64,000 nucleotides of DNA from Lama guanicoe. Lineage: Eukaryota. The position numbers and the translations under genes are program-made. Under the pieces are notes generated by a model, which did not search any database, was not told the origin of the DNA, and worked only from the letters and a program-made list of their open reading frames with translations. Below are positions 11,611 to 24,190 of this stretch, in pieces; within the stretch, counting starts at the first letter, position 1, and every line of letters starts with the position of its first letter. The DNA is taken from positions 6,432,626 to 6,496,625 of the forward strand of contig MU054220.1 of NCBI GenBank assembly GCA_013239625.1, given 5' to 3'.

Positions 11611-13235
11611 CACCTAACAAATGTTAATGATTTCATAAAAGCAGGACCTCCCCTCATTGTGTGCTCTCTCTCCAAGCCAACTGTTGTCTATTTAGCCATC
11701 CAGTTAGTATCTTGTACAACCGGGAGGTGGACTCAGTTCTGACTGAATCAATGCTTTTGACATCTGTGGGCCATCACAACTCTGCCAAGATGATTTGGCC
11801 ATAGTCCCCCTGGATGGGAAGAGATACTGTTTTAAATTGAGGTGATAATGAAGGTCATATTGGCCTTGGAGATTAATGTTAAGATACTCAGAAGCCTATG
11901 AGCCTTTAGGCCACCGCTGTTTTAGGGCAGGGTCCCAGAGGAGTGAAGGGAAAGTCTCTGTTTTCATCCCTCCATGATTTCCTCAGGAAAATCAGCGGGT
12001 GTTGATAGCACCTATAATTGGCACAAGGGAGACAGACGAAGACCATGGACCATGTCGTCTCCTCTCATCATGTGCTCTTTCTCCAAGCCAACAACCGCCT
12101 TCTCCCTAGCGGTCCAGAGCCGACATTCTGACTTGAGCCCAGTCATTAAACGCTGATTAGATTGGCACTTTGCTCTCCTTCCGGTTCAAGTTTTAATAAA
12201 CTGCTCTGTTCTCCCTTTCGGTCTTTTGCTTGAAATCCCAGACAGGGTCATCCCCTTCTTCTTTCTGTGGCTTGAACTCTCAGTCTGGGTGAGTTCTGGC
12301 TCTGGGCAAAGCAATTTAGATGAAGGGTGAAAAAAGCCAAAGCACCTGGAGAAAGGAACACATTCCTTAGGAGGAAAAAAGAAAATGAAAAAAGCCAGAT
12401 CCACTTCCCTGACTCTGCCCACTTGTTTCTCACAGAGCATTTTGGATCTCACTCATTGTAATTTGGCCATTAAAAAAATCAGTGGCATGGTCTCTGGGCT
12501 CAATTAATTTGAAAGTACTTCTGGATGAATCACTTAGATATTGCTTTATCTTTTGCCTCTAAGATATCATCAGGCTTCAGCCTCTACCATCCGCCCAGAA
12601 CTATTAGCCTACCCTACTAATTTGGTCCCAAAGTATGTTCCCTTTGGAGTAAAACAGAGCAAATTTATTATCCACACCTTGGCCGTGATTAACCCTGCCC
12701 AGGCTATAGTTAGTAGACAGATTATGTTTTCCTTTACAAGACTGGATATTTCCTGCATGTGTGGCTATGTATATGTCATCTGCTTTTTTTCTTTTTATGG
12801 TTTTTCTTTGATATCTGTGACTATATCAAAATAAATGTCATGTGAGCGTTATACTATTCTTTCAAAGTACAGCTGGATCTTGTAAGTATTACCTTCAGTT
12901 TCAGGCACTGAGGAATGAGGGATACCCAAGTTCATTTGCATATCATCCATTGCATCAATAACTCAAATTCTGAATTAGCTATTATTAACCAGATATGATT
13001 TGTTGGTATATCTTGCAAGTGGTATTTGTACACCAAAATTGTTTATTCCTAGTAGCTATGTGGAAAAAGTGGTTATGAGAGTGAAAGACTGATTTTTAGT
13101 CCAGGAAATAAAAAGTAGTATTACACATTAAGTACTCTACAAAGTGATGCAGGGAATTTAAAATAGTTTCCTATATGCAAAGTCTGATTGTTCTAAGTAA
13201 GCATAAGAACATAATTTCAAGTATGATATCTTACA

Positions 13236-13445
13236 GTATTTTATCAGTTCTCTATTGCTTCATAACAGTATTACTACAGATCTAGTGGCTTAAAATGACA
13301 CACATTTTATTATCAATAGATTGAAAATCCAGATTGCTTAACTAGGTCAGCTGCTCCAGGACCTCTCACGAGGGAGCAATCAAGTTGTTGGCCAGAGCTG
13401 AGGTCTCACTTAAGGTTCAGTGGGGAAATGTTCCACTTCCAAGTC
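13236..13445 (-). mobile_element. MLT1E/F-like MaLR LTR fragment
   Basis: tatcagttctctattgcttcataac...tagtggcttaaaatgacacacattttattatc...gcaatcaagttgttggccagagctgaggtctca...cttccaag. Confidence 0.75.
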
Positions 13446-14300
13446 GTGAACAAGACCCATGCATGTTGTGGGGAAGGCCGAATCTAAGGGTCCAACCCAT
13501 GGCGGGCCCCTAGCAAGCGCAGGGCTCTTTAAGAGAACTGCGTTAACTTCGCCTTACGTGATACCACGCTGTAGACCTAAGGAACTGGACACGGTGCCGT
13601 GCAGCCAGGCGTTCAGCATTAGCACAGCACAAATTTAAAAAGTAAACATTTGTCTCACAGCCACAATGAAAGGAGTCTGAAGCAGTCTTAGAATGACATA
13701 GTGACTGCCGTCAGGGTGGGTAACACGATCGATGGCAGCGAATATTCAAATAGTATTTATATAACTACTGAGCATCATACTAGTGAACACAACTAAAATT
13801 ATTAAGTTACTTACACTGTTACAGGCATTTAATTATCATTTTATCCTGATGATAGTGCCCAGTTATGGGTGTGCTATTATTATCCTTGTAGACATCAGGT
13901 GGTTATGTGATTCACGTAAGATTGCACAGTGAGCACAGTAGCTCTGGAATTCTAAGTCTTCTTTATTTAACAAATACATTATATTACAGGTCTGCACCTG
14001 TGCCCCCCCCAAATGGTATTTGACATAGTTTAAAAAAAAGTAATTCAAGAGGACTTTTGGGCAGATTCCAAAAGTAGAGCGCTTGGTAGCAGTAAGTCTT
14101 AAAAACATTCCTGCAGTGACTGTCTTTTATCGCTGGGAGTTTTACCCCTGTTGATCATATTTGCAATGGCTCTGCAATACAGATAGTGACCAGATTCCCC
14201 TTTTCTGGTGAAGAGGCTGAAATTTGAGAGATTGTCACTTTTTTTAAGGTCACAGAGTACATTTGAGCCCGTGTTTATCTGATTTAAATGTTATCCACAT

Positions 14301-14872
14301 CACTTAGTATAATTATCTCTAGGTCCATCCATGTTGCTGCAAATGGCATTATTTCCTTCTTTTTTACGGCTAATATTCCATCTATCTATCTATCTATCTA
14401 TCTGTATATACCTCATCTTCTTTCATCTGTCGATGGACATTTAGATTGCTTCTACGTCTTGACTATCAGAGAAAGACAAATATATGGTATCATTTATATA
14501 AGGAATCTAAAAAAATGATACAAATGAACTTATTTACAAACCAGAAATAGACTCACAGACATATAGGACCAACTATGGTTACCAAAGAGGAAAGATTGGG
14601 GGAGAGGTAAATTAGGAGTTTGAGATTAACATATACACACTACTAGATATAAAATAGATAAACAAGGACCTAGTGTTTAGCACAGGGAACCACATTCAGT
14701 ACCTTGTGATAACCTATAATGGAAAAGAATCTGAAAAAGAATATATATATATATATATATATAACTGAATCACGTGTATAACTGAACATGTATAACTGAA
14801 TCACGTTACTGTATACCTGAAACCAACATTGTAAATCAATTGTACTTCAATTTTAAGAAAACCTGAAAAAAC
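14301..14872 (+). mobile_element. 5'-inverted (twin-primed) L1 3' fragment, artiodactyl type
   Basis: 14301-14466 is antisense L1 ORF2-end sequence; 14467-14870 is the sense 3' UTR running to an A-rich tail. Degenerate TSD TATCCACAT (14292-14300) and TATCTACAT (14873-14881). Confidence 0.85.
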
Positions 14873-16919
14873 TATCTACATTCTTTACACTATACAAGAC
14901 AACCCTTCTAATTATTAGCAGGGAGAAGTAAAATAAATCTCAACAAACTTTGGGGCATAGTGGCATCTGCTAACAGGTCCCTTTCTGGATTGACGTGCAG
15001 AACAGATATTAATGTCATTTAAATGAGGCTATCAGCATGGACTGCTGAATTACAGCACTGTCAGTGCAGATCCCTCTCTACCCTTTTATACTGCTCAGTG
15101 TACAGGCACTGTCTGCTCACAGCCAGATTCTACCATTTTAAGTGCTGAAGGAAATGCAGAATGAAAGCCAAGAACAAATGGAATTTTAGGTCCAGTCCAG
15201 TTCATACTGAATGGATTAGCCTCTGTGAATTGTTTAAGGGACTGTTTTATATATTGCTTTGTACAATGCTTACACTGTTGAGCAGAAATGGTAATCCACT
15301 TTCTTTCCGAAGAGGTGAAGTTCTCCTTGAACCAACACAACAACGTGCACATATCTCCTATCAATCATTTTTCATTCAGCCATGCACTTGCCTAAATTAG
15401 ATCATTATTGAACACAGGGAAAACAAGAAAAAGGAGACTTGTTCTTACAAGCCACTGAAAGGGAGGCTGATTTTGGCACCAAAAGAAGTCAATCATTTGC
15501 ATTTTGCTGTGTGGGGCTTAAAGCAAGAGACTCAAGTTACATCACGAGGATTTTAAAATTAAGATAAAGCTCCGTCTTACGCACCTCTGTCTCTAGCAGT
15601 AACTCGTAAGAGGAGCGGTAGAGTATTAAAAGGACACCTAATCATGTTTCATTTCTACTTAATTTTGCCTATTTTCCTCCTGTTCCAATTTCTCTGCCAC
15701 ATTTATTCTTTGTGAATAATTAAAATAAATAGAAGTTTCAAAATTTTGTATTTTTTTCCTTTGAATAAGCTTTTTGTTTCCCCAAGAATAAGATAGGGAA
15801 AGTCAGGATTGTATAGTTTGTTGGGTTTATGTTTAGCTATGGTCATAAAACGCTTACCAAACTGAAAGGGAGTAAGGCAAAAAAGCCTTTTTCTAACCTC
15901 AAGAATTGCAGTTATTGATAAGCTTTACCAGGGAGCCCTGAAAAGGACAATATGTCAGAAAAGTTGCAAAGTACCAGGCATCCAAACACTGGGTCAGAGG
16001 TTATGTGTTAGACTAATTAAAATAGATATTGCATTTGATAATTTTCCTATATGTTGTCTATATATAATTTCCCTCTTCATTAATGATGGTGGTAAATTCA
16101 TGATAATGTAAGTTAAAGAAAAACTGAACATGCTGTGTCCCTATGAAATACTATTATTTGTTTATGTTATAGTTCATGAATAATAACGTTTATTATCATT
16201 TTTCTTAACCCTTTCTCTCAGCCATTCGTGATGAAACTAAGGAAAGTAATTGATTTTCTCAGGTATTGCATCTCATATACCAAACCTTGGGAGTCATGTA
16301 TAAGGATAATCAGTTATTGAAGAACATAATAATTTTTTTTAAATTTTTATTTTTCTGCCTGCTACACCTCTGCTTCCAGAAACAATAATAAAATGATATT
16401 TTCAGGAAGCTTGGTGATGCTAAAAGCCAGTGGGGAAGTTTTGCAGAGTCCCTGGCTGTAACTGTAACTCAGTTGGGAATTATATGAATAAGAGGGTTAC
16501 TGCTCTTCTGTGAGCCAGGGCAGACTTAATCCAGAATCCAGGACATGACTTAATGGTTGAATGCCCTACATATTCCATTACGCTGATGAGAAAAATATAA
16601 AGTTGCTGTTTATTTTCTGACAGCTGGATTTTTCTTTCTCCTCCCTTCTCTGTTTCTCCCTTCTTTCTTTTTCTTCTCTCAGTAAAGCAGTTTATATTGT
16701 TTAAGTTGAGCTGATAAGATTGGGAAGATTCTGGTCTCATGTATTGTTCCATGAATTTCCACAAGGATGACCTGTTTTATTCTGCTTTGAGGGGAATATT
16801 TTTTACTTGCTTTGAAGGTTCCCTACCCCAGCCTTAGTCTTCACCCAACTGTGCTTCCTCGTTTTCCCAATCAGCCACTGCTTTCATTAGCCCAGTGGTC
16901 CCTGCTGGAGAGGTGGCTT

Positions 16920-17050
16920 TAAGTATTGGCTGTGTGCTTTACTACTTCAGGTTTTTTGAATATTGGTTTTCTCATCTGTAAAATGGGCAGGACAACATCC
17001 TGAACTCGAAGTGTTATTATGTGAACTGGATAAACTATAGAAAGATATAA
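16920..17050 (+). mobile_element. MIR fragment
   Basis: ttggttttctcatctgtaaaatgggcaggacaaca, the MIR core. Confidence 0.6.
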
Positions 17051-19495
17051 CATAACCTCAAAGAATAGAATATCAGTCATTAAAATGATGTATTTATTTT
17101 TGCTTTTAAGGTATTTGGTTATATTTTGACTATTCTGTCCATTCATTCAGAAAAATAATGGAGCTTTACATTATGTCTGTCCTTGTATTAAATGCATCAG
17201 GGGGAAGGGTAAACTAAAAACAGAGTTATATCATCACCCTTGCAGTATTTACCTGCTGTTTTACCCGGTGGCATGTGGAAAACAAACTATTGAAACAAGA
17301 GACTTGCATTCTACTCTGTTCTGACACATCTCTGTGACTCTGAACTTCCTACATCTGAGAAATTAGATGTCACATTGCACCATGACACGTTTCTCTTTCA
17401 CAACAAACGTTTGTACATTTATGCCCGATGCATGGTAGCATATAAGTGGACTCTAAGTTGGCATTGCACTAATTCTAAAAACATATCTGTCTTCTCTTTC
17501 TGAATAGATTGTAAGTTCCGTAAGAGCAGAAACCAAGCCTTAGAATAATGTATAACCCTCACCCCCCATACCGAAGCCTACAGGGGTGTCTAGTCCAATA
17601 TCTGACACAGACTAAATATCTCTTACTTGATTATTTCTCACCTGTACACTCAGTGAATATACCATTTTTCCAAGTGTGGTGATATTATTCCAAGGTTTTC
17701 ATTAAGTCTTACTACAATGAGAGTTTGAAGATGAGAATGTGGCTCTGTGTATGACTGTATGTATATGACTTTACTCTTGTTCTGAGAGCAGTATTCCGTG
17801 CCATTAATATCCATATAGCAACAGCTTGAGCCATTAGACACCATCCTAGTTATTAAATCAAAATTTGTTTTTAGATGGCAATTCATATATATATATATAT
17901 GAAAGTTTAAAAAGTGACCTTTTGCCAACTTTGTATTATTATACTGCTCTGTAAAATAGAAATTATCAGATAGATAGATTCTGGGTGATAGTGAAAATTG
18001 CATGCTGTCTTTCCTGTGGCCCTGAGTTACAACATGTGAGTCTTCCCCATTTTAGTGCATTTCTTCACCTATCTGTTCGGTTATTCTTACAGACATTGAC
18101 AGATTCAGTCATTTATTTCTTCATGCATTCAGTATGTATTGAGTCCCTACTCTGTGTTAGGTATTGTGGTTGTAGCAGTAAGTCCTGCTAAGTGCCCTGT
18201 GAGCACAGAGTTGACCATTACCTGGATGGGCAATCTTACACTGATTCCCGGTCTCCAGGCTTCTCCCCTTTCTGTGTTTCGAAGCGTCAGTCCTCTCCAC
18301 ATGCTAGCAGAGAATAATGATCTCATCAGATCCATAATAATAAAAAGGCCCACGCCAAGTGTTGTTGCTGTTGCTTTGATTTTTTTTTGGGGGGGGGGAT
18401 ACAACGTAATCTAAAATGATCCCTTACCACACCTCCTTAGAGGAATTTTACAGTCTATGGTATTAAGTACAACCTATAATATGGTCTAGCTAATGCCAGA
18501 CTTTGATCTCAGAAAAGGAAAATTATACTATTAGACTATTTTTATTGAAAGGATAATACTTGTTCGCAATTCTTAAACCACTGATGTTATTTTGTAGCAA
18601 TGAAGGTAGTCGCTACTAATTTTTTCTAGTTAATTTTGAGTCAAAGAATCAATAATAAATGTTGACGTGAAAGAGTTTATTTACTCCCAAGAGTATAGGT
18701 TTTACTTGCTTTGAAAAACTGTTTTGAAACTCCACAGTTTTGATTAGTACATTTCACTTCTAACACACCTGATATTTGAAACCTTAGGTAGTGATGAGGA
18801 ATGGAAATCTGCTGAGCTCTTAAGGTGTTATTTCCTGTGTAACCAAAAAAGGGGGACTTTTTTTTAACTAGGTAGTTTATTAGGAAGCAGATTAAGGAAC
18901 GTGATCCTAAGAGACAGTGCAATATGTTAAGGTAATGCGATGTGAAAGCAATTGAACAAGAACGAAGCTGATAGAATACCATGCAGAATTTTCCCCAAGG
19001 AAAGCCCCTGAATTCTGAGGCTCAGGAGTGCTGAGCTCTATCACTGAGCTCCTCTAAGAACCACAATCCCAGAAAGGCTTTTACCTTCTGTTTCTAGAGC
19101 TAAGAGACCTGGTGGGTGGGTACCCAGATGCTGTTACTTATAAAACATTGTAAGAAAACCTGTATTGTGTATTTTGAACCAAATAGACAACTGAGCAAAT
19201 TGTTGAATATCTAAAGTAAAAATAATAATAAAAATTTTCTTCGCTTAATTTGATATCCAGACCTGCCACTGTCTTAGTATACCAAATGTTTTAGCATCCT
19301 GGCTTCAAATAGGATATTCCATAGTAATTTAGTAGAGGGAATTTTTGTGCCAGTTTATAACTCCAAGAAAGAGAGCCCTCAGTTTTGATCAACTCATCAT
19401 TCTAGTGAATAGACATGTTCATTATTTAGAATGTATTCAACATCACTATGTTTACATATTTTTTTTAAAATACTATGCATCCTCATAGTTTAAAG

Positions 19496-19745
19496 AAGAG
19501 ATCAGCAAACTTTTTTCCAATAGTACCAGATAATAAATATTTCAGGTTTTGTGGGTCATAAGGTCTCTGTTGTACTAATCAGCTCTGCAGTTGTACTGTG
19601 TAAGCAGCCGCAGAATTACAGAAATAAACGGATTTGTCTGTGTCCCTAGTCAACTTTTGGATTTTTGGATTTTTGTTTGTTTGTTTTTTAGTAAAGCAGG
19701 CCACCAGACATTATTCGGCCTGAATGCCATAATTTGCCAACCCTG
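19496..19745. mobile_element. MER58A hAT-Charlie MITE
   Basis: TIRs aagagatcagcaaac and atttgccaaccctg; internal aataaatatttcaggttttgtgggtcataaggtctctgttg. 8-bp TSD GTTTAAAG/GGTTAAAA (6/8). Confidence 0.85.
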
Positions 19746-20280
19746 GGTTAAAAGGTCAAACAGCACACTGGACTTGTTATAAAAAATAGCAGTCCCCACC
19801 CTGTACCATTTCCCACTCACAAGAGTCCATCTCTTTCGCTTCCTTTAGTATATTTTTTTAGAACTTTTATCCATATTTTTAAATAGCATGCTTAGATTCT
19901 AAGATTTTATCTTTAATTTTTAGATATTATTTATTGATTTGTCCCTGTACAGGACGAAGATTTAATTATATTTTAGAACTCTCCCAACTCTACTCGTAAC
20001 ATGCACACTTGCATTTCTCCAAATGTATTAAAATTATAGTTGTAGCAGGAACATTATCTGGGTTTGACACTCTTGGTTTGTAAATGCTGTTCATTGATGA
20101 AATGTGTTAAATATGGTCGTCACTGCAGAGCTGACTGATTATGCTGTTTCTTTGGGGAATCCTGGATGTCAGCTTCTTTGTGATTCTTCTCTTGAGCTCT
20201 TCTGAGTTGCTCAGAGAAGACTCGTCTAACCCTTCTCTAGGGGGCTTATGTTTGGCTACTAGAGTTCTAGGAATAAACCC

Positions 20281-20413
20281 ATAGTCCCATAACCCTCAGT
20301 TTGCCTGGCGGATGTCTACTTTATACTATGTTCCAAAGTAAATAATTATCAATAGCACCCCCTTTCATTCTTATAACTGGCCTGGTCTGGGTGGTAAATT
20401 AAAAGGTCAGCCT
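20281..20413. mobile_element. MER94/MER81-like hAT-Blackjack MITE
   Basis: gtttgcctgg...taattatcaatagcaccccctttcattctta...taaattaaaaggtcagccta matches the recalled consensus layout. Confidence 0.6.
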
Positions 20414-21996
20414 ACCTGGCAGCCAAATCAGAGAAGAAAGTTGGGGGATCACAGCAGTTCAGTTTATTCAACTTTAAGCTTCCTTCACGCATCCTATTTT
20501 CCAAGCTATTAGCACTCAGTTCACAGAATCCGTTTTCGGTTTGGTGCCCCACGGTCCGCTGTGTGTGACATCTCCCAGCACAGAGATTCTCTGTTCACGC
20601 TGCACAATAATAGAGGCTCAGTCTTCCGCTTGTCAAGACGCAGAGCAGTTGCCAGACTGTGATGACTTAGGGACGATCTAATAGCTTTTTATACAGACTT
20701 TCAACCCATTTTCCTGGTTTTGGTCCCTGCATTAAAACTTGAAGTACCTGGGCCATCAGGAGTTCTGTAAATCAGTGTTTCCTACTGCCACCTTAGGGTG
20801 CAGTCTAGTCATTAGTTACTGCTTGTCTACCTGCTTTCTAGCTTCCTAACTTTTGTGTTTGTTATCTCTCACTCCTTTTTTTCTTTCTAGTCTATTGCCT
20901 TTTAAATAAGAAATATATATCATACTGTCCTTATAGTGCTTATAGTGGGTTTGAGGAGGAAGCAGAGGATGAATGCCTGTGCTCTACCCAGCGTCCTTCA
21001 CGGGAAAATCACACAGTTGCAGTCTCTTGTGTTACTGCTTGTCTCTTGACTTCATGAGTGGGAGATGCTGATCATCATTCCGTCTCCTTATCTTTATTTC
21101 CAAAAAGACATTTTCAACCCTCCTCCTTAGATTTCTGCTCAGTTTCAGATGATCCAGTTCCTTTCAACTTCCTTTACACATTCTGTTTTCCAAGCCATTA
21201 ACTTTCCTTGTGACTCTTGAGAACTTTTGTGAATTCTCCTTAGTTTGTAAATTGTAATATCTTGAAAAAGGTAAAGTACTTTGGGGTTACATATTTTGGT
21301 GGAGGAGTACAATCTAAGAAAGATACAGGGAAATAGTTAATGGTATATGAATGAGTACTAAGGGAAAGGCATTATTTGCCCCACTTAATAAATGATAAAA
21401 ATGCTCTCCAGTGAGGCTAAGACAGTTCCCCCAAGTTACATAATGATAAACTCGGAAACTTGAGATTTGAGCGCAGGGTTTAGTATTAGAAACCAAAGTC
21501 CTGTCTTTTAACTGCATCATTGGATTCACTAGACTGCATATTAATGAAAGGCAGAAAATGAGACTCAAAGACATAGGCTTTTACTTGAATAACACTTAAC
21601 CTTTTAAAAAGCATATATATTCTTTATCTCACTTAATTTTTCAGAAACACCATAAGACAGGGATGTTATTACTTCTTGCAAGAAGAAAAGTGAAGTTTAG
21701 AGGTGGATAAGTGGATAAATCAAGGCTACACAATCTAAGTTTTAGAAACCAGTCAGAAACCCTGGTTTTTGGACTAGCATCCTGAGAAGATTCTGCTAAT
21801 CTCACAATAGGCCATACTTCATAAATCAGAAAAAGGCTATGTCCAGGGTGGTTTACAATAGAATGGTTTATCTTAAAGAGTCTAAACTCGTCTTGGACAT
21901 ACATGGTTAAGCAATACTTTCCTCTTGTGCATCCCAGACTGTCAAGCCAAAGATACAAAATTCAAAATTCAAATACATAAATGAATGAATGGATGA

Positions 21997-22045
21997 ATAC
22001 ATACATACATACATACATACATACATACATACATACATACATACA
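21997..22045. repeat. (ATAC)12 tetranucleotide microsatellite
   Basis: Perfect run, preceded by (GAAT)n typical of an L2 tail. Confidence 0.95.
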
Positions 22046-23839
22046 GGTGTTCCTTAAGGTCAGAGTTCCAGATAGAATTATTTACCAAATGGCACCTAGA
22101 GGTAAGAATAAGTTAATCAGACCATGCACATAGTTCCAAAATTTGTAGGGAATAGAAACATTATAAGACTAATGTATCTGCTAGATAGTCCACAAGTAAA
22201 TAACAAAGGTTAAGTTACAAGTGCTGGTATTTTTTTTTTATAGAGGAAATATAATACAAAGCACTGGAAGGGAGGTTTGGAATTGTTCTTTAAATGGGAA
22301 AGGCAATATGAATTTGTGACTAACCAAAGGTCTCTGAGGTACTTGTATTTGAGAAACTAGAACTTCTCAGAGTTTTAAGATTCTTTTTATATAACGTTTT
22401 ATAAACTCTTACTAACGTCAACACAATCCGTTGTTTGCCACCGGTCAATCTTGTGCTTACTATCTGTGCTTAGTACATACGGAGATTAGGGAGGCCATAT
22501 CTTGCTTCTCTGGATGCTTCCTGGTAAGCAAATTACTTTCAGTGTCATTTTTCTCTGTATAAATGATGAGCTTGCAATCTCTGGGTCATATTGCTTTATT
22601 CACAACCCTCAGCAAAAACAGGAGGTATGTTTCTAGATGATTCATACTAGAAGAAATGGGGGTATTTTTAATGTAGCCAGCCCCAGTACTGCTCAGTTCT
22701 GTAAGCCAAAGACAGACTTACCTAGCTAGCATCAGGACATTTTAATTTCTAGTGGAATATATGACATATTCCATTATGTTGACAGGCAAATGCTAATGTT
22801 GCTGTTAATTAGTTAAAATTTGCTTGTTTTATTTAGTCACAGTGAAGCTAGTTGATTTTTATGTCAATTATATTTTTACTTGATCCAATCCAGCCAACAC
22901 TTACCAAGCTCCTTCCTTCTAGAAGAACTCCTTATATTGGGATGTAAAAATGTTCTTTCCCTCAATGGTTAGATGTTCTAGCAGGTTAGATGTTTAAAAA
23001 ATAAACTAACTGAAAAGTGAAATAGGGTAAAGTCAAAAGATTAGCTTAAGTGATATCAGGATATCTTCTTGTTTTCATCATGTCACTGGATAAAACAAAC
23101 ATTAAAATACCTTCCAGGTATACCAGACCTTGTTTATTGACTAATTGGCCCAGCCTATCCAAGAAAGAAGATCCAGTGACAAGAAATAGGGTTGCCAAGT
23201 TCTTAACGACCTTGTGAAGACAAATATATCCCAGTGCCTCCTTCTCTTACAAATGTATCAAGCCTTCTCCAGCCCCATTCCCATAACTAAAATACTAACT
23301 ACATCCCAAAATATCTCCTGGAAACTATATTGATTTTTCAAGTGCTTAATTATCCTGCAAATCATTGCCTGAGACAGCAGGGATCTATATACACATGTTA
23401 AAGCCACCACCAAAACTCAGACATCCTATTTCAGCATCTGAAATCTGCATTTTTATCATTTATTAAGTAGGGCAAATAACGCCTTTTTGGATTTTGACTG
23501 TTTTTTATTTGATCTCTCATTCAGCCTTTCTAATCAGAAGCTTTATTTTAGAGCTCTATGTTTTAACCTAGCCCTTAAGTCTTTTCCCTCTTTTTCTAAA
23601 TAATAGAAATTTTTAACCAAACCAACCAATCATCAACAAATTAGTTTACAAACAGGAGGAAAGAAAGGACATCACACACTTACTGCAGGGCTGGTCTTGA
23701 CTAGCTAATTTCTTATGGGCAGGAGTCAGTAAGGTTTCATGGAGAACGTGGAATCTGAAATGAGTGCAGAGACGTAGCAAGAGAAAATAATCTGGCATAA
23801 GCAAAGGCATGGATGCAGAAGCAGAAAGACAGTGGGATG

Positions 23840-24190
23840 GTGTTTAGTATTCATGCTCAGTGCAGTCTTTTGGCTTCCCAAATCCATTCTCCACCTTTAG
23901 GCTCTTTTACCTTCTGGGATCCTGTTGGATTTTCCTAGTATGGAGCCCCATTGGCAATAAACAGGAGGAAAAGAGGAAAGCGAGGTAGGGATAAACCAAT
24001 GCTTAACATCTTAGAATTCTCTTTGTGTTCCACAAACCCCTACCAACCTAGTGAAGGTAACGAGTGTTCTGTTATGCTCCTGGGTACTCAGCCATACCTT
24101 GTGCTTCTTTATACCCGGCTACACCTTTGTAAACTGTCCCTTTATTAAACACTCCTCAAAGTTACTTGTACCATCTATTTCCTGGGGAAA
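23840..24190 (+). mobile_element. LTR33-like ERVL LTR
   Basis: 3' end acacctttgtaaactgtccctttattaaacactcctcaaa...ccatctatttcctg. Confidence 0.65.

Noticed and set aside
14288..14518. 76-aa ORF (SRSIHVAANGIISFFF) that looks like database proteins
   Set aside because: It is an antisense translation of L1 sequence crossing the inversion junction, a common source of spurious annotations.
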